A DNA stretch of 64,000 nucleotides from Stylophora pistillata. Its lineage: Eukaryota. Of this stretch, positions 62,201 to 64,000 are shown in pieces. Every line of letters begins with the position of its first letter. The stretch's first letter is position 1. Location of the stretch: positions 605,123 to 669,122 of the forward strand of contig NW_019217900.1 of NCBI RefSeq assembly GCF_002571385.2. Reading direction: 5' to 3'. The notes under the pieces were generated by a model. The model saw nothing but the letters and a program-made list of their open reading frames with translations. It was not told where the DNA came from and did no database searches. The position numbers were made by a program, and so were the translations under genes.

Positions 62201-63671
62201 AAGATGCTTGTTGTATTGTCACGAGCGTGGGACGGCAAAGAAATCATTAAGAGTCCCCAAGAGAAATCGAACATCACGCCTTCGGATTTATTCCTGTGGT
62301 CCAAATAAATTATTATCTTTGTGTATAATGCGTAAAATTACCACACTGAAATTTTAGCTTCTTTTCCAAGTAATTTTCCTTGTATTCGGGTTATCTAAGT
62401 AATTGCTAATTTCAAAATATCATCACAGGCGTTTCATTTTCAATAAGGTTATTATTAAAGTTATAAGTAAGTGTGGTTGTTAAACTCACCACAGAAATGA
62501 TAGTGAAACTTCTGTTTGGGTGCAGCTTTGTCTAATGACACTTGATGGTGAACCAGAGCTGACACAGCTAAGATCTAAAATCAAAACATGGAAAAACTCA
62601 AAGGATGATGTTTTTAAGTCGTGTCACTACCGTGGGGGAAAGAAAAAGTTCTGAGTCTTTATGAGGAATCAGGCCTTAGATCATTGGATTCCAGGCTCCG
62701 ATGTACTATCACTGAGCCAGAGAGACTTTACGGTAAGCTAGACCAGTTCAAGGCTATTTCAAGATTTCAATGAACTATTGTAGCTCACCTCATGTGTGTG
62801 AGTTTTGGTGTTCAACATTGTCCGAAAACTGAGGCTCATGACAACCTACAAGAAGAAAGAAAAACAGTATAAAATTCTTCATGTTAGCAGCATCTTATAG
62901 AGCCACTGCGACACAACGTAACGCGTTCAGTACACAAAAAGATCAGAAAATCCTCTGGCTAAAGTTCAGTGCCTTGGTTTTCTTTTCATTCAGCCTAGAG
63001 AGCATTCGCTAGGCCCAAGGATGGATGACTATACACCGAATGAAGATCCATCCAATGGACAAAGGACAAATCTGTGTCCGGTGGACAGCGCAGTACGTTT
63101 TGTTTACTCTTATCCGCAGAATTGCGATTTATCCGTTGGAGAGCGTTATCCGCCCTTTGAATAACTGGGTCCTGTTGCTTTCCCCTAGTTCGCTGCAACT
63201 AGGTTTTTTTAAATGAAAATCCTGACATCGGCATTTTTTAAAAACAAACTCTGCTTTATCTCTGTTCTTACCATAGGCGGGGGTGGATCCTGTTGACTTG
63301 CTACTTCAAGGAGGTCAGGTTTGGGGACTACAGCCTACAAGACACCATGTCGAAAAAAAAAAAAATTAAAGTAAATTTCGTTTAAAATCATATCTAAATG
63401 GCCATTGGCATTGTTAGCTTTTGAGCCTGCCAGCAGTCCTCGTTAGTACCCTACAAGACGGGCGTTTTTCTCCGCCCGCTGGAAGATTTGGGACAAGTCA
63501 AGGAGTAGTTTGCCAGGGGGCTAGTACTCATCAGTACCAGACCTCTCACCGACTCGCGTTGTTCAAAGCCTCAGACATTTTACCGAAAACATTTGATACA
63601 TATTGCAAACGCTCCAGCAGTGAGAATACCAACCTCTACTTTGCACCAGCTCACTGGTTGTTGAGGAAGCT
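36558..63671 (-). CDS. POLA1: DNA polymerase alpha catalytic subunit, 3' 37 exons (~948 codons); 5' part beyond the gap/window end
   Basis: Exons 63634-63671, 63272-63334, 62789-62845, 62490-62574, 61858-61919, 61213-61302, 60787-60846, 60201-60257, 59672-59792, 59287-59356, 58760-58799, 58596-58637, 58434-58481, 57889-57956, 56949-56991, 55806-55905, 55203-55318 ([10 protein letters not shown]), 53776-53874, 53613-53663, 53324-53364 (KLTAN), 52698-52779 (SMYGCLG), 43997-44029, 43469-43561 (YGDTDS), 43166-43254, 42411-42445, 41986-42067 ([10 protein letters not shown]), 41816-41892, 41625-41680, 41139-41267, 40911-40986, 40410-40508, 39912-40015, 38474-38554, 37726-37842, 37464-37580 (Zn-finger cysteines), 37173-37269, 36558-36685 ([11 protein letters not shown]...stop). 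Confidence 0.96.
39500..39910 (+). mobile_element. LINE (CR1/L2 group) 3' fragment with (TACA)n tail
   Basis: YDIRNS...[23 protein letters not shown]; the tail TACATACATA ends at the POLA1 donor site. Confidence 0.8.
42570..43102. repeat. (ACAG)n-derived minisatellite with ~33-bp higher-order unit
   Basis: Repeats of GACAGACGGACCTTCAGGTAGACAGAGGACAGGCA embedded in degenerate GACA repeats. Confidence 0.9.
44210..44491 (-). mobile_element. tRNA-derived SINE with A-rich region
   Basis: Minus strand GGAGACGGCGTGGCCGAGTGGTTAGG (A box)...GGTTCAAGTCC (B box), followed by an A-rich tract. Confidence 0.7.
45890..48478 (+). CDS. Calmodulin-like 4-EF-hand protein with long N-terminal extension (~273 aa), nested in a POLA1 intron
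   Basis: Exons 45890-45968 (ATG...GCCG|gtaag; least certain), 47072-47536 and 48201-48478 join in phase 1. Contains [56 protein letters not shown] and [13 protein letters not shown]. Confidence 0.85.
50345..51273 (+). CDS. Divergent calmodulin-like EF-hand protein (153 aa), nested in a POLA1 intron
   Basis: Exon 50345-50510 (CAAAATGGCG start; [14 protein letters not shown]) and exon 50978-51273 ([24 protein letters not shown]). The phase-1 intron is at the same position as in the neighbouring CaM-like gene. Confidence 0.85.
52515..52685. repeat. Degenerate tandem repeat (~55-bp duplicated unit) next to a POLA1 donor site
   Basis: ACAGTTACGCTGTTGTC.TACCATG.TATTGCCCCGTCACGCTA occurs twice, plus 8-mer decay repeats. 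Confidence 0.7.
53922..54640. mobile_element. tRNA(Thr)-derived tandem and inverted array (247-bp unit), 15-bp TSD
   Basis: The unit repeats at 53921/54168 and the array is mirrored across a short gap. ATAAATTTAATTGTA occurs at 53907-53921 and 54641-54655. Confidence 0.85.
54455..54527 (+). pseudogene. tRNA-Thr(AGT)-like sequence inside the repeat unit (mirror copy 53991-54063, minus strand)
   Basis: Acceptor stem GGCTTGT/ACAGGCC, A box TAGCTCAATTGG, B box GGTTCGAGTCC, anticodon loop CTAGTAT, followed by T7. The T-stem has 2 mismatches and the anticodon stem 1, so it is probably not a functional tRNA. Confidence 0.6.
56200..56375 (+). mobile_element. Palindromic element family P3 (truncated by gap); decayed reverse copy at ~5375-5641
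   Basis: Hairpin 56203-56343 with apex CGA-GCCC-GTA-GGGC-GAG. Termini TATCTT(A/C)TTA...TAATAAG..ATTTATTAT resemble those of P2. Confidence 0.75.
57491..57716. mobile_element. Older gap-free copy of the tRNA-derived family, internally inverted, 12-bp TSD
   Basis: Minus-strand tRNA-like part followed by a plus-oriented CAGTTCACA segment. AATGAACAATCA occurs at 57479-57490 and 57717-57728. Confidence 0.65.
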
Positions 63672-64000
63672 CTAAAAAAATCGAAAAGAAAAATAACAGA
63701 ACATAAATTTCACAAATATTTTTTTTTGNNNNNNNNNNNNNNNNNNNNNNNNNNNNNNNNNNNNNNNNNNNNNNNNNNNNNNNNNNNNNNNNNNNNNNNN
63801 NNNNNNNNNNNNNNNNNNNNNNNNNNNNNNNNNNNNNNNNNNNNNNNNNNNNNNNNNNNNNNNNNNGAAAACATTTAAATGAAACCCCTGCTTCTGGAAG
63901 TTACTTGAAACAAATGGAAAAAAAGATTAATTATTAATAATCAGTCACTAATTATTTATCAACTGACCAGTTGATGGCTCATCATCAAGATCGTCATCAA

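Overview
Eukaryotic, AT-rich, intron-rich animal genomic DNA with several N gaps. The repeat families look cnidarian, probably a stony coral (inference). I reconstructed eight protein-coding genes by reading splice sites. They are nicastrin (-, 16 exons here, 3' end outside the window); XRCC2 (+, head-to-head with nicastrin); a SPA17-like RIIa/IQ gene (+) with a second candidate acidic terminal exon; TLCD5/TMEM136 (+); an RSPH1-like MORN gene (-); the 3' part of DNA polymerase alpha catalytic subunit POLA1 (-, 37 exons here); and two calmodulin-like genes nested antisense in one 8.7-kb POLA1 intron. Introns carry LINE tails, tRNA-derived SINEs, TTAA (Kolobok-type) elements and a Penelope-like fragment with a hammerhead motif. 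Two signals stand out. First, three palindromic repeat families with different arm sequences have mismatches that recur as tandem 5'-YGAR-3' G.A pairs, capped by GNA/GNNA loops. This is a strand-specific folded-ssDNA signature. Second, a tRNA(Thr)-derived ~247-bp unit is inserted as permuted, tandem and inverted arrays with 12-15 bp target-site duplications. All assignments come from reading the sequence and from remembered family motifs; no searches were run.
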